Part shown: in pieces, positions 13,740 through 26,532 of the stretch | Numbering within the stretch: position 1 is the first letter of the stretch | Layout: each line of letters opens with the position of its first letter | Assembly: GCA_013239625.1 (NCBI GenBank) | Contig: MU053934.1 | Coordinates: 9,631,352 to 9,695,351, forward strand | Direction of reading: 5' to 3' | Source of the DNA: Lama guanicoe | Taxonomy: Eukaryota | DNA: 64,000 bases | Notes under the pieces: model-generated | What the model was told of the DNA's origin: nothing | The model's database searches: none | What the model saw: only the letters and a program-made list of their open reading frames with translations | Program-made: the position numbers and the translations under genes

Positions 13740-13868
13740 TTTTTGAGAGGAGGGTAATTAGGTTTATTTGTTTGCTTATATATTTATTTTTAGAGGAGGT
13801 ACTGGGGATTTAACCTAGGGCCTCGTGCATGCTAAGCATCTGCTCCACCACTGAGCTATACCCTCCCG
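13740..13868 (-). mobile_element. tRNA-derived SINE (vic-1-like)
   Basis: Family motifs, reverse strand. Confidence 0.85.
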
Positions 13869-14319
13869 CAGCCCCCGCCTGAATGTTTCTGTATGTATCC
13901 ATCTGTCTCTATGTTAAGGTAAATGTAGGTTCAAACAGATGTCTGCGACTCTAATCCACCGCTGCCTGGGTCATCCCAGCCTCCTCCTCCTGCTTATCTG
14001 TGAGTTTAGACTCCAGCAGTGAGAGACCTGGCCGCCCCCATGCACCGTCCGTTTAATTAGTTGTCCATTTCGCGTGTACGTGGGTAGTGGCCTCAGCCCT
14101 GTGGGAAGCAACTCAATCAGCTAAGGACATTGTCCAGCTGCGGTTCCTTTGCCTTTGGTCTCACAGGCGCCACTCGTTTCTGAGGTCACTTAGGTGAGCA
14201 TCTTTGGGGAAGTTTCCCGCAAATGTGTCGTACATTTGCGATACAGTCAGGTTGTAGGGTCACATTCTGCGTTCCATCCTGGGATCCTTGGACCTCCTAA
14301 GTTATTTTTGTTCATTTGT

Positions 14320-15215
14320 ACACATTAAGGTTCACTCTGGTAAAATTCTGTGGATTTTGACAAATGCACTGTGTTGTGTGTTCACCATTACATTTTCCTA
14401 TGAATATTTTTACCACCTGCAAAAACCCCTGTGTTTCACCTCTTCAACCCTGCCACCCCCATCCCCGCTCCAGCAGCTGACCTTTTCACCATTGCTACAG
14501 CTCTTCCTCTCCTAAAATGTCAGATATTAGGAATCACATAGGCTGTAGTGGCCTTTTGGACTGGCTTCTCACCCGCTGAAGCATCTTGATTGCTTCTGTT
14601 TTTGGCAATTAAGAATAAAGCTGCTGGAAACATTCAGGTGTAGGTTTTCGTGTGGACACACATTTTCAAGTCCCTTGGGTAAATATCTAGGAGAATAATT
14701 CCCTTAAGACTGTTTTGCTTCCTAAGAAACTGCCAAACTGCCTTCCAAAGTGTCCGCACCATTCTGCAGTCCCACCTGCAGTGAACGAGTGTTCCTGTTG
14801 CTCCACATCAGCGCCAGCACTTGGTGGTGTCAGTTTTTTGGATTTTAGCCATGCTAATAGATGTGTAGTGATGTCGCATTGTTGTTTTAATTCACAATTT
14901 CCTGAGGACCAGTGATGGGCGCATCTTTCCACGTGCTTCCTTGCTACCTGTGTATCTACTTCAGTCAGGTGTCTATTCAGGTCTTTTGCCCATTTTTTAA
15001 GTGAATGTTTTGTTTTATTACTGTTGAGTTTTAAGACTTCTTTGTGTACTTTGGATACAAGTCTGTTACTGGATGTGTGTTTTGCAAATAGCTTCTCCCA
15101 GTCTGTGGCTTGCCTTTTCATTTCCTTAAGTGTCTTTTGCAGAGCAGAAGTTTTTAATTTGGAGAAAGTCCAATTTTTTTTTTCCACAGATTGTGCTTTT
15201 GTGTTGCCCACATGG
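14320..15215 (-). mobile_element. Old L1 fragment (ORF2 C-terminus and 3'UTR)
   Basis: ORF 14687-15211 has MKRQATDWEKLFAKH...KKWAKDLNRHLT, typical of L1 ORF2. Confidence 0.85.
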
Positions 15216-15686
15216 ATTTTTATACTGTATTTGGGTGCAGTTTATTGAGTTGACAATCACAAAAGGGCTGGAAGGAAAGAAGCAAGGAAAAGCTAATGAG
15301 GTCTGTGTAGGACATGTTGGTTTTTCACAACTAAGAATAAAGCTGCTGTGGCCAGTCGTGTGTAGAGGCTACATGTAAAGCGGCCTTTTCTGCAGGGCCA
15401 TGATTTAGTCACTTTCATTTTGTTTAGTTTTTTATGGACCAAATAGTAAAGTTGTCTCCTAGTCAGGGAGCCCCTCGGCTGGGGGAGCTTCGGGGCTGCT
15501 GGAGTTGCAGGAGCACAGCGGGTGTGGGCGGGCCAGGGCAGGGCTGACTCCGGGTGGGAGCCCTGCCCACTGGCTGATGCCGCCCCACCAGATGCCTCAC
15601 ACGTGAAATCATACCCTCAGAAGCCCGGTTGCGACATCAGATGGCACGGCCGTGAATATTCATAAATCCTCCCCTTCTGTTCTTAG

Positions 15687-15847
15687 ACACCCTCTCCCCG
15701 GCTTCGAGTCCCTCGTCCGTCACTTACCCCGTGGTTCCTGGTGGCACTGATGACCCTTCCAGCGTAGCGCTGAACATTGAATGTAGAATCTGTGGGGACA
15801 AAGCCTCGGGCTACCATTACGGAGTCCACGCGTGTGAAGGCTGCAAG
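15687..15847 (+). CDS. PPARA: PPAR-alpha coding exon 2 (first zinc finger)
   Basis: (D)[10 protein letters not shown]...[27 protein letters not shown] acceptor, GT donor at 15848; 161 nt, phase fits. Confidence 0.98.
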
Positions 15848-16029
15848 GTACAGTGGGCCTGGACGGGGAGAGAGGTGGCCTTTCAGGGGCTACATGTGGC
15901 TCCGTTTATTTTATACCCATACGTTGGTCATTACTGAGAAATGCTGGAGCTGTAGACCAGAACTGACCCAAGGGACGGATTAATTTCTCCCTTCGGAAAG
16001 TCCAGGGCACATTTCTGGACTGTTTGGGG

Positions 16030-16347
16030 GTTTGGGGGGAGGGTAATGAGGCTTATTTAGTTAGTTACTTGTAATGGCGGTGCTGGGGCTTGAACCCGGG
16101 ACGTCAGGCATGCTAAGCACGTGCTCTAGCACTGAGCTTCACCTTCCCCCTTTTTTATTTTTATTTTTTATTTAAGCAACTAGTCTATCTTTTGAGCTTT
16201 TGAGGGGTGGTGATTAGGTTTCCTTATTTATCTGGGGGGGGTTAGGGAGGTGATTAGCTTTATTCACTCTGATGGAGGTACCAGGGATTGGACCAGGACC
16301 GCACGCATACTAAGCACATGCTCTACCACAGAGCTGTCCCCTCCCCG
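16030..16347 (-). mobile_element. Two adjacent tRNA-derived SINEs (vic-1-like)
   Basis: Two reverse SINE bodies ending ~16150 and ~16347. Confidence 0.8.
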
Positions 16348-17290
16348 CTTCGCTGGACTGTTTATAAATGACTTAGAGAAATGTGTTCTCTAAAAGAAAA
16401 TAAGCCACATTAAGAATGATCCCTTCATTTCGGATGCGAGGCCACAGAGCCCACTTCTTTTTGCCCACTTTCTCCCCCCAGCCTCATTGGAAGGTCCGGG
16501 AGGGCAGTGGTTTTCACTCCATCAGTGATGTCAGGACCCCGCCGCACATAGCGGCGAGGACCAGACCTGGCAGAACTCCAGCTCCCTCCCCAGCTGCTCC
16601 CGACCCCTAAACTGTCCTTCCTGCATCGGGGGCCTGTTCACCCGAACCACAACCACAAGGCCCGCAGTGTGGGGGGTCAGGCCATGTCCTCCAGCATTGC
16701 GCCCACCAGATTGCTGGTCCTTCCCGCCTGACGGCGGGAAGGACTACGTGTTCTGTCCTGACACTCCCAGGATCATCGCATGGTGTGGGCGCTCGTTCCC
16801 GCAGTTGATGCACGGGAGCTCCAATAATCTGAACATTTGGTTAAAATCAGAAATCTTTCCTTGCTAATGCTGGAAGTGTTTCCAGCTTTGGGAAGATGTC
16901 ACAGCCTTGAATGGTAGGCCGCGAAAACTGCACTCTTGGAACACCGACACTGCCCCTGCCAGCCTGGCCTCGGAGGCCTGGTCCACAGCTAGAAAGGGCC
17001 ACGTTCGCCAGGGCATCTCTGCATCCTGACGTTTGAAACTCTCTCTTCTCAATCCTTCTTGTAATCCCACACGTTCCTTGGCCACGTGACTTCAAAACCC
17101 AGATAACTGAGCAAGTGCAGACAGCAGCCTTCCTCCTACGTTCCCCAAGAAAATGCTGTCCCCTCTCCTGTGGGCCGTCGGACCTGCAGAGCAGAAGTAC
17201 AGAGGGTGCCTGGGAAGCAGTGAGGGACTGGCCCAGTATAAACCCTTCACAAGTCTGCCAACCACATACCTTTAGAAAAGCTACTTGCAA

Positions 17291-17419
17291 GGGGCAAAGG
17301 TAGAGCTCAGTGGTAGAGTACCTCCCTAGCATGCATGAGGTTCTGGGTTCAATCCCCAGCACCCCCATTAAAAAATAAATAAATAAACCCAATTACCTCC
17401 CCCACTGGAAAAAAAAAAA
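17291..17419 (+). mobile_element. tRNA-derived SINE (vic-1-like)
   Basis: Family motifs; TSD TACTTGCAA/TACCTGCAA. Confidence 0.88.
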
Positions 17420-17969
17420 TACCTGCAAAGCAGTCTTTTCTGCAGGGCCAGGGCTTCATCACCTTTGTTTGCTCTTGGTTTTTATGGGCCAAGTAGTCAA
17501 GTTGTTTCTTACTGGGTAAAGTTAAAGATGCTTTTAGAAAGTAAGAAAATTGTTGACAAACAACTGGCCTCCTTTTCTTCTATAATCTACATCTTCTAGA
17601 TGTAGATATTCTCTTACAAAAATCCCTAGAACATTTTGGTCACCAAGGTGGATCTGTCCTCTGAGAAGAGAAAGTCACGGTGTGTAAATCTTAGCAGGGT
17701 GGAGTCACTCTTTGGGAGACTGTCATTGCGTCTCCCCCGGCCAGGTGAGGACAGATTGAAATCACTTTGAATTTTGGTTCATTTTATTGTTTCTCATTTT
17801 GCATGTAATGAAATTTCAAATTTTCAATTTGCCCTAATTATATCAGAATTTTTAGAAGAACTATTTCTGTCCAGTTAGTTCATTTTAAAAGACACTAAAC
17901 GCACAGCAAGGACTGACGCTGACTCGGTGGTGGTCCACATTCTTTAACCAACGGCATGTTAATCCGCAG

Positions 17970-18108
17970 GGATTCTTTCGGAGAACGATTCGGCTAAAGC
18001 TGGTGTACGACAAATGCGACCGGAGCTGTAAGATTCAGAAAAAGAATCGGAATAAATGCCAATACTGTCGTTTTCACAAGTGCCTTTCGGTTGGGATGTC
18101 CCATAACG
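17970..18108 (+). CDS. PPARA: PPAR-alpha coding exon 3 (second zinc finger)
   Basis: Manual translation [51 protein letters not shown] boundaries; 139 nt. Absent from the ORF track. Confidence 0.98.
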
Positions 18109-18718
18109 GTAGGTAAGGTTATCCATCGCATTCCCGGCCCGTGCCTCAGTGCACCTCCCTTGTCGGGTCGGTATGGACGGTATTTTGAATGAACACCGAT
18201 ACCCAGATCGTTGTATAACATGATAACCCAAGAAAGTAAGTCTCCAATAGCAGAGATCCAGCAGAGCCCTTGGAGTCACGGCTGGAAACTTCAGGTGGTC
18301 AGACTTTGATGTAAAGTCTGACGCCGACCGGGAACCACCAGGCCGGCTCGCCGCTCACGTCGCATACAGGCCGCGCCTGCTGTTCCTGTCATTTTACCGT
18401 GTGACGAGTTTAATTGTATTTAATCGTCCCCTCATTTTAGAGCATGCCAGTTACTCCCTGAGGGTAAACTGAAAATAATTTGTTCCCACAAGCTGCATGT
18501 TTACCTTCTGGGAAAAGGAAAGGGTATTATGTAAAGCCACTCTAAGGCCCACTGTCGGCTCCTTGGCCTCAGGGGTCAGTTCCCTTGTACCTTAAGCCCA
18601 TCCTGCTGTGACGTGAGTCATGGGGCTGCCCTTCATTTTAACCCTTTTTAAAAGTCCAGACATAGGGAGTCCGGGTGTCATCCTCATCCCTTCAAAGCAG
18701 CAGGCTGAATCATCTTGA

Positions 18719-19177
<459 letters not shown>

Positions 19178-21449
19178 TGAGAAAATAATACTTACCCCCG
19201 AGGCAAATGGGAGACAATGGAGTGGAAACATTCCGTTCGCAGACTGTAAAATGTCGCTGAACACAACTCCCATCCCATCCCATCCAGTTCACCTCAGAGC
19301 TCCTAGCAACCGAGTTACTGTAATGACTGTGTGGTTAATGCACCCAGAGAAATCTGGCTAATAGTTTACCAGGTTCCCCGGTGCTTTCTTCAGTGATTTG
19401 TTTTAATCCCTATTTTAATGCCAGAAAATGAAACCGTTCACCTCCCACTCAAAGTGTGCTCTTATACCCTTCCTCCTAAAACTCCTGCCTCCTCCCGGAG
19501 CTCCCCCGCCCCCGCCTCCCCGCCTCCCCCGTGCACCCTCTTATCCTCCAGCAAGAGCCCAGGCGAGCGCCACCCTGCCCCCACCCCACATCCTGCCCCA
19601 CTCCCACGGCAGCCAAGTCTTTGTCTCCCTTGCAGAGCTAATCCCAGAGCTTCCTTCAAAGACAGGGACGGCCCAAGGTTGGTGAACAAAGTGGTTGAGC
19701 CTTTTTCCTGTGCGCCTGGTGAAACAGGTTTCATTTGTGTTAATGAGTAGCTTGCATTGCTCCTTATTGGGGATTACAAGCCAGGCTTTTTGTCACAGCA
19801 AAATAAAGTATTTCACAAGCTGCTTACTTTCATGAACAAACCGAACCTCTTTTTAATTGAGCCTTTTCATTCTTCAGGGAGTTCTCCAGTTAAACAGGCT
19901 GGCCATTTTAGAAGGGGTCAGGCAAACTCTATTAAACTGGTAAAGCCACACCCCCGCGGGCCGCCCCAGAGGCTGGGACAGACTCCACCCTTTCCCTACC
20001 ACAGGCTGAAAGCAAAGGAATCTTCTAACCTGTGAGCGTCTACCCTGGAAGTGATTAGTACCGCCCCAAGTTAGAGCGACCCCATTCCTGATCTCCCGGA
20101 GGTCTTCTAGACCTTCCTGAAATCCTCTGCATCTCCCGTGGGTTTTCAGAATGTAAAGCAAGCTTAAAAGTCGTCTGCCTCTTAACCAAACCCTCCTGTT
20201 CGATATTCACTTGACTCCCATAGAGTATGCTTCCTGTGCCCCTGGGCACCACACGCTCTTGGAAGGAAGCCGTCGCCCGCGATCGGAGCTGAAATCTGGA
20301 CTGTTGAGGACTCTCCGACAGTTAGTCTGGGAGAGGAGTCCGTATTTTGATCGTAAGGAAGGAAATAGTAGACCCGCACTCTAGGGCTGGCTTCACTGTA
20401 CAGGGAACGAGTTCGGTGTACTGCTCAGTCACGCCTGCTTCCGCCCCGCCTCCAGACCAGAGCAGCACGGGTCCCGCTTTGCAAGGAAGGGTCCAGGTGT
20501 CACTCATCTCATTTGATTGAACCGTTTGCTCCAGGTCAGGTTCACTTCCCACCCCATGTCCTCTGTCTGCCGAGTCGTGGCCTTCCTCCATTCCCCACCT
20601 CCCCAGCCCAGTCACCCCGGAGCTCGGAGGGCGGCTCGGGCGCAGTCTCAGGGACAGCCGCAGGCGGGGCACCGTCCTGGACCCGCAGCCCCCTCGCACC
20701 ACACCCCGGGGTTGTCCTGAAGTATCGTACCTACATCTTAAGCTGTCTTCAGATTGAGGAACACACTTACTACCTGTTCTTGTTAGTGCATCTAGAAATG
20801 CGTAGTAAAACCCATCCAAAAGCTTATGAAATAATTTCACCCAAAACAATTCTACCAATAATTCACAGATTTCTCCTAAAAGATGGCGCTGCCTAACTTT
20901 ATAGAAAATGCTGTTTAAATGTGTTTTGGAGAGGACTTCTTGTAAATAACAGGATTGACACACCAAGAACACCATTAGGTGTGAGCCAGGGTGGTATGTA
21001 TCAGTGCAGGGAGGCTTCTGGTCTTGGTGTGGAGTGATTTGGGGAAAGTGGGCAGCTTTCTGCCCTGTGCTGTTTAAAGTCTTTACAATGTGCTCTGCTG
21101 ATTTGAAATGACCTCCTGTAACGTCAGATAGATTCATATGCAAGCGTGGCTATAAAAGGCACATTTCAGAGTTAAATATAAGCTTCCTGATTTTTAAAAT
21201 AGTCTTATCAAGAATGTTTCTCCGTAAGGTTTGGCAGATTTTCAAGTGTCTTGCTATACAGTTTCTCTTTGGCTTCAATAAACATGGTTTTTCAATGTTA
21301 GCACTTTTTCTGAATTCATATGGTTTCTAATTTTGCCTGTGAATGAGGCCTGCCTTCTAAAATCCAAGTGATAATTTTATTTAAAAGAAATGAGATATCT
21401 GTTACCAGTTGAGTCTCCATTTAAGAGAGAAAGTTTCACACAGAACTGG

Positions 21450-21610
21450 TGCCGGGCCGGCTTCCTGGGCACCCGTTCTGTTTCACAACATCCCCTGCTT
21501 AGAAGGGCCCTGCACTGGGGTTTAATGCTCCGTGTCCCAGTCTTGAAATTCTTAATCACTTTCTTCTAAGTGTCACTTTACACTGGACCCTGCAGATTAT
21601 AGAGCCCGTG
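21450..21610 (+). mobile_element. Non-autonomous hAT element (MER45-like)
   Basis: GGGCCGGCTTC...AGAAGGGCCCTGCAC...TTTAATGCTC...TCTTGAAATTCTTAAT; related copy in reverse at 56790-56955. Confidence 0.55.
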
Positions 21611-23025
21611 TGTGCTGGTCCTATGAGATGTTGTACCAAAAAATAATAAATAAATAGACAAGCATTCTGTAATCAGACACTTGGAACCACTGCTCACCCT
21701 AACCCTGTCCTGGACACTCATTACATTAAAGGCTCTGGCAGGCCCTAACTTCATTTAACTCAGTGTTTCTCGAATTTTTTTTTTTGACAATGGCACTCTT
21801 TTTTTAAATTTTATATAATACCTTTATTTCTGCTGAAGGTCCTTTTAAAAAGCCAATGCTTCAAATAAAGTCAGGGTGACCTAATATTGTATTTTCTGGA
21901 GTTGAGGAAATAGTGCCACCTCTCCTTTAAAAACGTTTTTCTAGTGCATCCTATTAACGTTAATTCTTTAAATCTGAGCTCCAACTTCTGTGACGCAGAC
22001 GTGCCCGCAAACTTTCCCAGAACAATGGTAGATCTGGCCTGCTTTTAAAGTCTTTAGAGAGAGACAGTTTTAGTTTTCCTTTATCAAACAGGATTTTTAG
22101 AAGTTTGGCTTTGAATTTTATACTCAGAATGTTTTCAGTCGCTCACGGATAATTTAAAAAGTATTCTTTCCTCTGATGTGGAATCAATTTTTTTTTTTTG
22201 GTCCAACACTATATTGCAAATTCAAGTTCTGTTTAAAAATTTTAAAGGCAGTCATCAGATTATTCCAACACTTCCAGCTTGCTTCTGGGCCGGGGACACC
22301 CCGCAGGTGCCCTGCAGATGGCTTTGTACTGTGATTCTTCCAGCTGCTCTTGTGAGCCCAGAAACAGGGCACGTGCCATGCTGTGAGCCCAGATGCATGG
22401 TCAGTGATGGGTGGTACCCACTGGCAGAGCAGTGCATAAAATCACTGGGCTGCCTGGACACTAAGTGGGGACTGAAAATAATGCCTCCGCCCACTTAATT
22501 TCTGATCTGTGGAGCAGAGTATAGATCAGAGACTGCCCTTGGAGACGCCATTTCTTCTGCTCCGCACACAGACCTGGCGTGGATTTCAGCCGGCAGCGGT
22601 GTCTGTGCCGGTTCTCCTAGGCCCCCCAGATACACCATCCCTTCTGGGCACGCTGGCTTCAAATAACATGCCAGCCGCCTCTTCTTTCCTCTCTAGATCT
22701 TTAGCAAGTGGCAGGACTGGTGGGTTTGGAGGCAGATGGCGAGGCCATGTTTAGGAGCTACCGTGAGGACCTGACGCTTGTTTCAGAAGGTGGGGCACTG
22801 GGGAGGAGGTTTCAGTCTCCTGCCCTGAGAAACGGGAGCCCTTTGGGGCTTTTCCGCTTGTGCCCAGAGAGCACGGGCTTAACAATGCGCGTTTGTTTAC
22901 TTCTACACAAATGCCGACTTTCTGAGTTGTACGTGTTTACGTGCCAGATTCATTCATTCGATGCTCAGTGTTGGATAATGGTGGTTATCTCTGAAGTTCA
23001 CAAAATGGTAAAATTAAGAATTCTC

Positions 23026-23200
23026 GGGGGGAGAGTATGGCTCAGTGGTAGAGTGTATGCCTAGCACGGACAAGGTCCTGGGTTCAATCCCCAGCACCTC
23101 CACTGAAATAAATAAATAAATACATAAATATCCCCCCAAAAAACCCCAAAGCCAAAAAAATAAATAAATAAAAATTTAAAAATAAAAATATTAAAAAAGA
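23026..23200 (+). mobile_element. tRNA-derived SINE (vic-1-like)
   Basis: Family motifs with a long A-rich tail. Confidence 0.85.
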
Positions 23201-23524
23201 ATGATTGCAGGTAAGGCTATTGCAGTCATATTTGGGAGTTCAGAGAATATTATAAAATGTTTAAAGTGCCCTGCTGATACTCTGTTTCTTGTTAGCTTTA
23301 TTGTCAAAATCAGTACTTTAGCTTCTTAGCAGTGAAGTCCCCTCCAGTGTCAGGCAATGGTGATTGTCACCTTACTGACTTACATTGTTCTCTAGTAATT
23401 CTTATCGGCAGCTCACTTTGGGGCTAAGGATGAGGGCTGTGTTTTGCACATGTTTTGAGTCTCCACAGGCGACTGGAATACAGTGACTGCCATCAGTTTC
23501 TTGCTAATTAAGAGGACAGCTTGA

Positions 23525-24061
<537 letters not shown>

Positions 24062-24383
24062 TGAGGCCTGGCGGGGGCGGCCCCTCCGTGAGCGGGAGCC
24101 AGGCCCCAGCAGAGCCCGCGCGGCATCCGAGCCCCACGTCCCCGCCGGCAACGGGTGAGAATGTCGTCACCACATGTCATATTACAGCATGTCTTATATA
24201 CAAACACGTTTGTGCAATAGAAATATGTTCTGTTTATAATTACATAAATATATATTCTACTTATAGCATATCATTAATAATGCTAGTGTAATTATATCTG
24301 TTATCCATTATATCTAGTATCTATTATATATCAGGTATAATAATAATAATATTATAGTGTATGGTGTATATTATTATCATATA

Positions 24384-24710
24384 CATTTGGCCCTTTATTT
24401 CTGTGGGTTTTGCATCTGCAGGTTCAACCAACTGCAGGTTCAGGAAAAAAATTTCCAGAAAGTTCCAAAAAGCAAAGCTTGAATTTGCCACGCACCGTCA
24501 GCTATTTATGTGGCATTTACACTGTATTTATAACTATTTACATAGCATTTACATTGTACTGTGTGTTATAGGTAATCTAGAGCTCATTTACAGTGCACGG
24601 GGGGGTGTGCGCAGGTAATATGCCATCTTATAGAAGGGACGTGGGCATCTGGATTTTGGTGTCCTTGGGGGTCCTGGAGCCAGTCCCCCATGGCTACCGA
24701 GGGACGACTG
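24384..24710. mobile_element. Tigger-type (TcMar) non-autonomous DNA transposon
   Basis: Degenerate TIRs CATTTGGCCCTTTATTTCTGTGGG / CCCATGGCTACCGAGGGACGACTG. Confidence 0.65.
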
Positions 24711-26175
24711 TGTTATAATTGTTATTATAGTATTAGATCCACATCACAGACAGTATTCTGTGAAGTGCTCACAGATGTTAGTCCAGTTGCTGTCTTTATT
24801 GGTGTAGTTACACTGTTTCATAATGAAAAATGTCAGTAACTAACTGGCAGTGACTGCAAAATGTGCTTTGCCAAAGGAAATGGATCCCAGTGCAGGGAGG
24901 GCTGGGCCTCTGTGCGGGGGAGCTGCAGTCCCCAGATTTTTGGCTCAGTGTCATGTTCCTTTAAATAGCCCTGTCCTGGGTCTAAGAAGGTCATCCCTTT
25001 ACCGTAAACTCAGCTGACCTCACTCAGCCCTGGGGAGACTGATGGGGCCACGGCCTCCTCAGATTCCCCGGAGCTGTGCAGTCCCCCCGAGTCCCTCCCT
25101 GGCAGAACTGAGGCTGGCAGCAGCTGCCCAGACTCCATGCGTGGGGCTGGGGCGGGGGTCTGTGCTCAGCTGCATGAGGCCGTCCCTCTGACCATCCAGC
25201 TGGGCACAGTCCGGCGGGGGGGAGTCCTGTGCTCTGTCCTGTGCTCTGGCAAAATGCGTAGAACCACAAGGCAGCCGCACGTGATCTGTCATTGTCCTTG
25301 GTGAGCACGCTCCAGAGTTGTGTTGTGGGCAAAAGCCAGGCAGAACTGTTTCTAAGCAGTATGGCCACAGTTTTATAAAGGACATTCACGTCACAGAGCA
25401 GAAGACCGTCTGGTGGGATATCCGTTAAATCTGTATGATGGGGTTAAAATTCGAGGGGGGCTTACTTACAATTTTTTAAATCTCTCTGTTTAAAAACTTA
25501 ACAATTATATTTATTTAACAAAGGAAAATCCACATCATTAGCAACACTTTTGAAAATACTGGTAACGAGTAGGACCCTAAAGAGAGCGCCGCCTACGGAG
25601 TTTGGATACGGGGGCGGGGGGCACAAGGTCTGAGCTGTCCAGGGAGCCTGGGGCCTGCGTCTGAGCCGCCCCGGGGAGTCGCCTGCTGTCCTCGTCGCCC
25701 CTCCCGCGCCAGGCCTCGGACCTCCCCTCTGCGGGTGTCCTCAGCACCCTCTCCAGCCGGTATCCATCCTTCCACTCATTTCTCGCTCCACTGTCTTTTA
25801 AGTCGACTTATACGAGAAGGTACTTGCAACAGTGCTTTATACTACAAAGCCTACGGTGAACTAATCACAGGCCTCAAATATCGCTGACGCGAAAGATCTA
25901 GGAAGACGTGGGAAGGAGAATTTGATTTCCTGTATTATGCAAAATTGGTTGTGTGCAGAGCTTCACCTAATATGCTGGGGGTTTCCCCTGACAGGTGGCA
26001 ATCAGATCAGTCCTAGAGGAAGTGGCCGCCCTGTAAGGTAGGGAGTTGAGTTAAGGCAGTAGAAATATTTTGGAATGAGTATTTGCCCTAACTGTCTACC
26101 CCTTCTAGGCCTGGCGACTTTGGGAAAATCCAGTTCCACCTTCCAGGCAAGTTGACAGCACCTAAAGGCAGCTAA

Positions 26176-26532
<357 letters not shown>

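Noticed and set aside
17585..17607. Hairpin ATCTACATCT-TCT-AGATGTAGAT
   Set aside because: A single 10-bp stem is not remarkable in 64 kb and is too short for a miRNA precursor.
20322..21143. 273-aa antisense ORF in a PPARA intron (also 879-1547, 28344-29144, 34148-34876)
   Set aside because: No recognisable homology or domain structure; consistent with chance in GC-rich sequence.
24170..24383. Very AT-rich tract in a PPARA intron
   Set aside because: Low-complexity (TA)-rich decay beside a Tigger-type element; no evidence of function.
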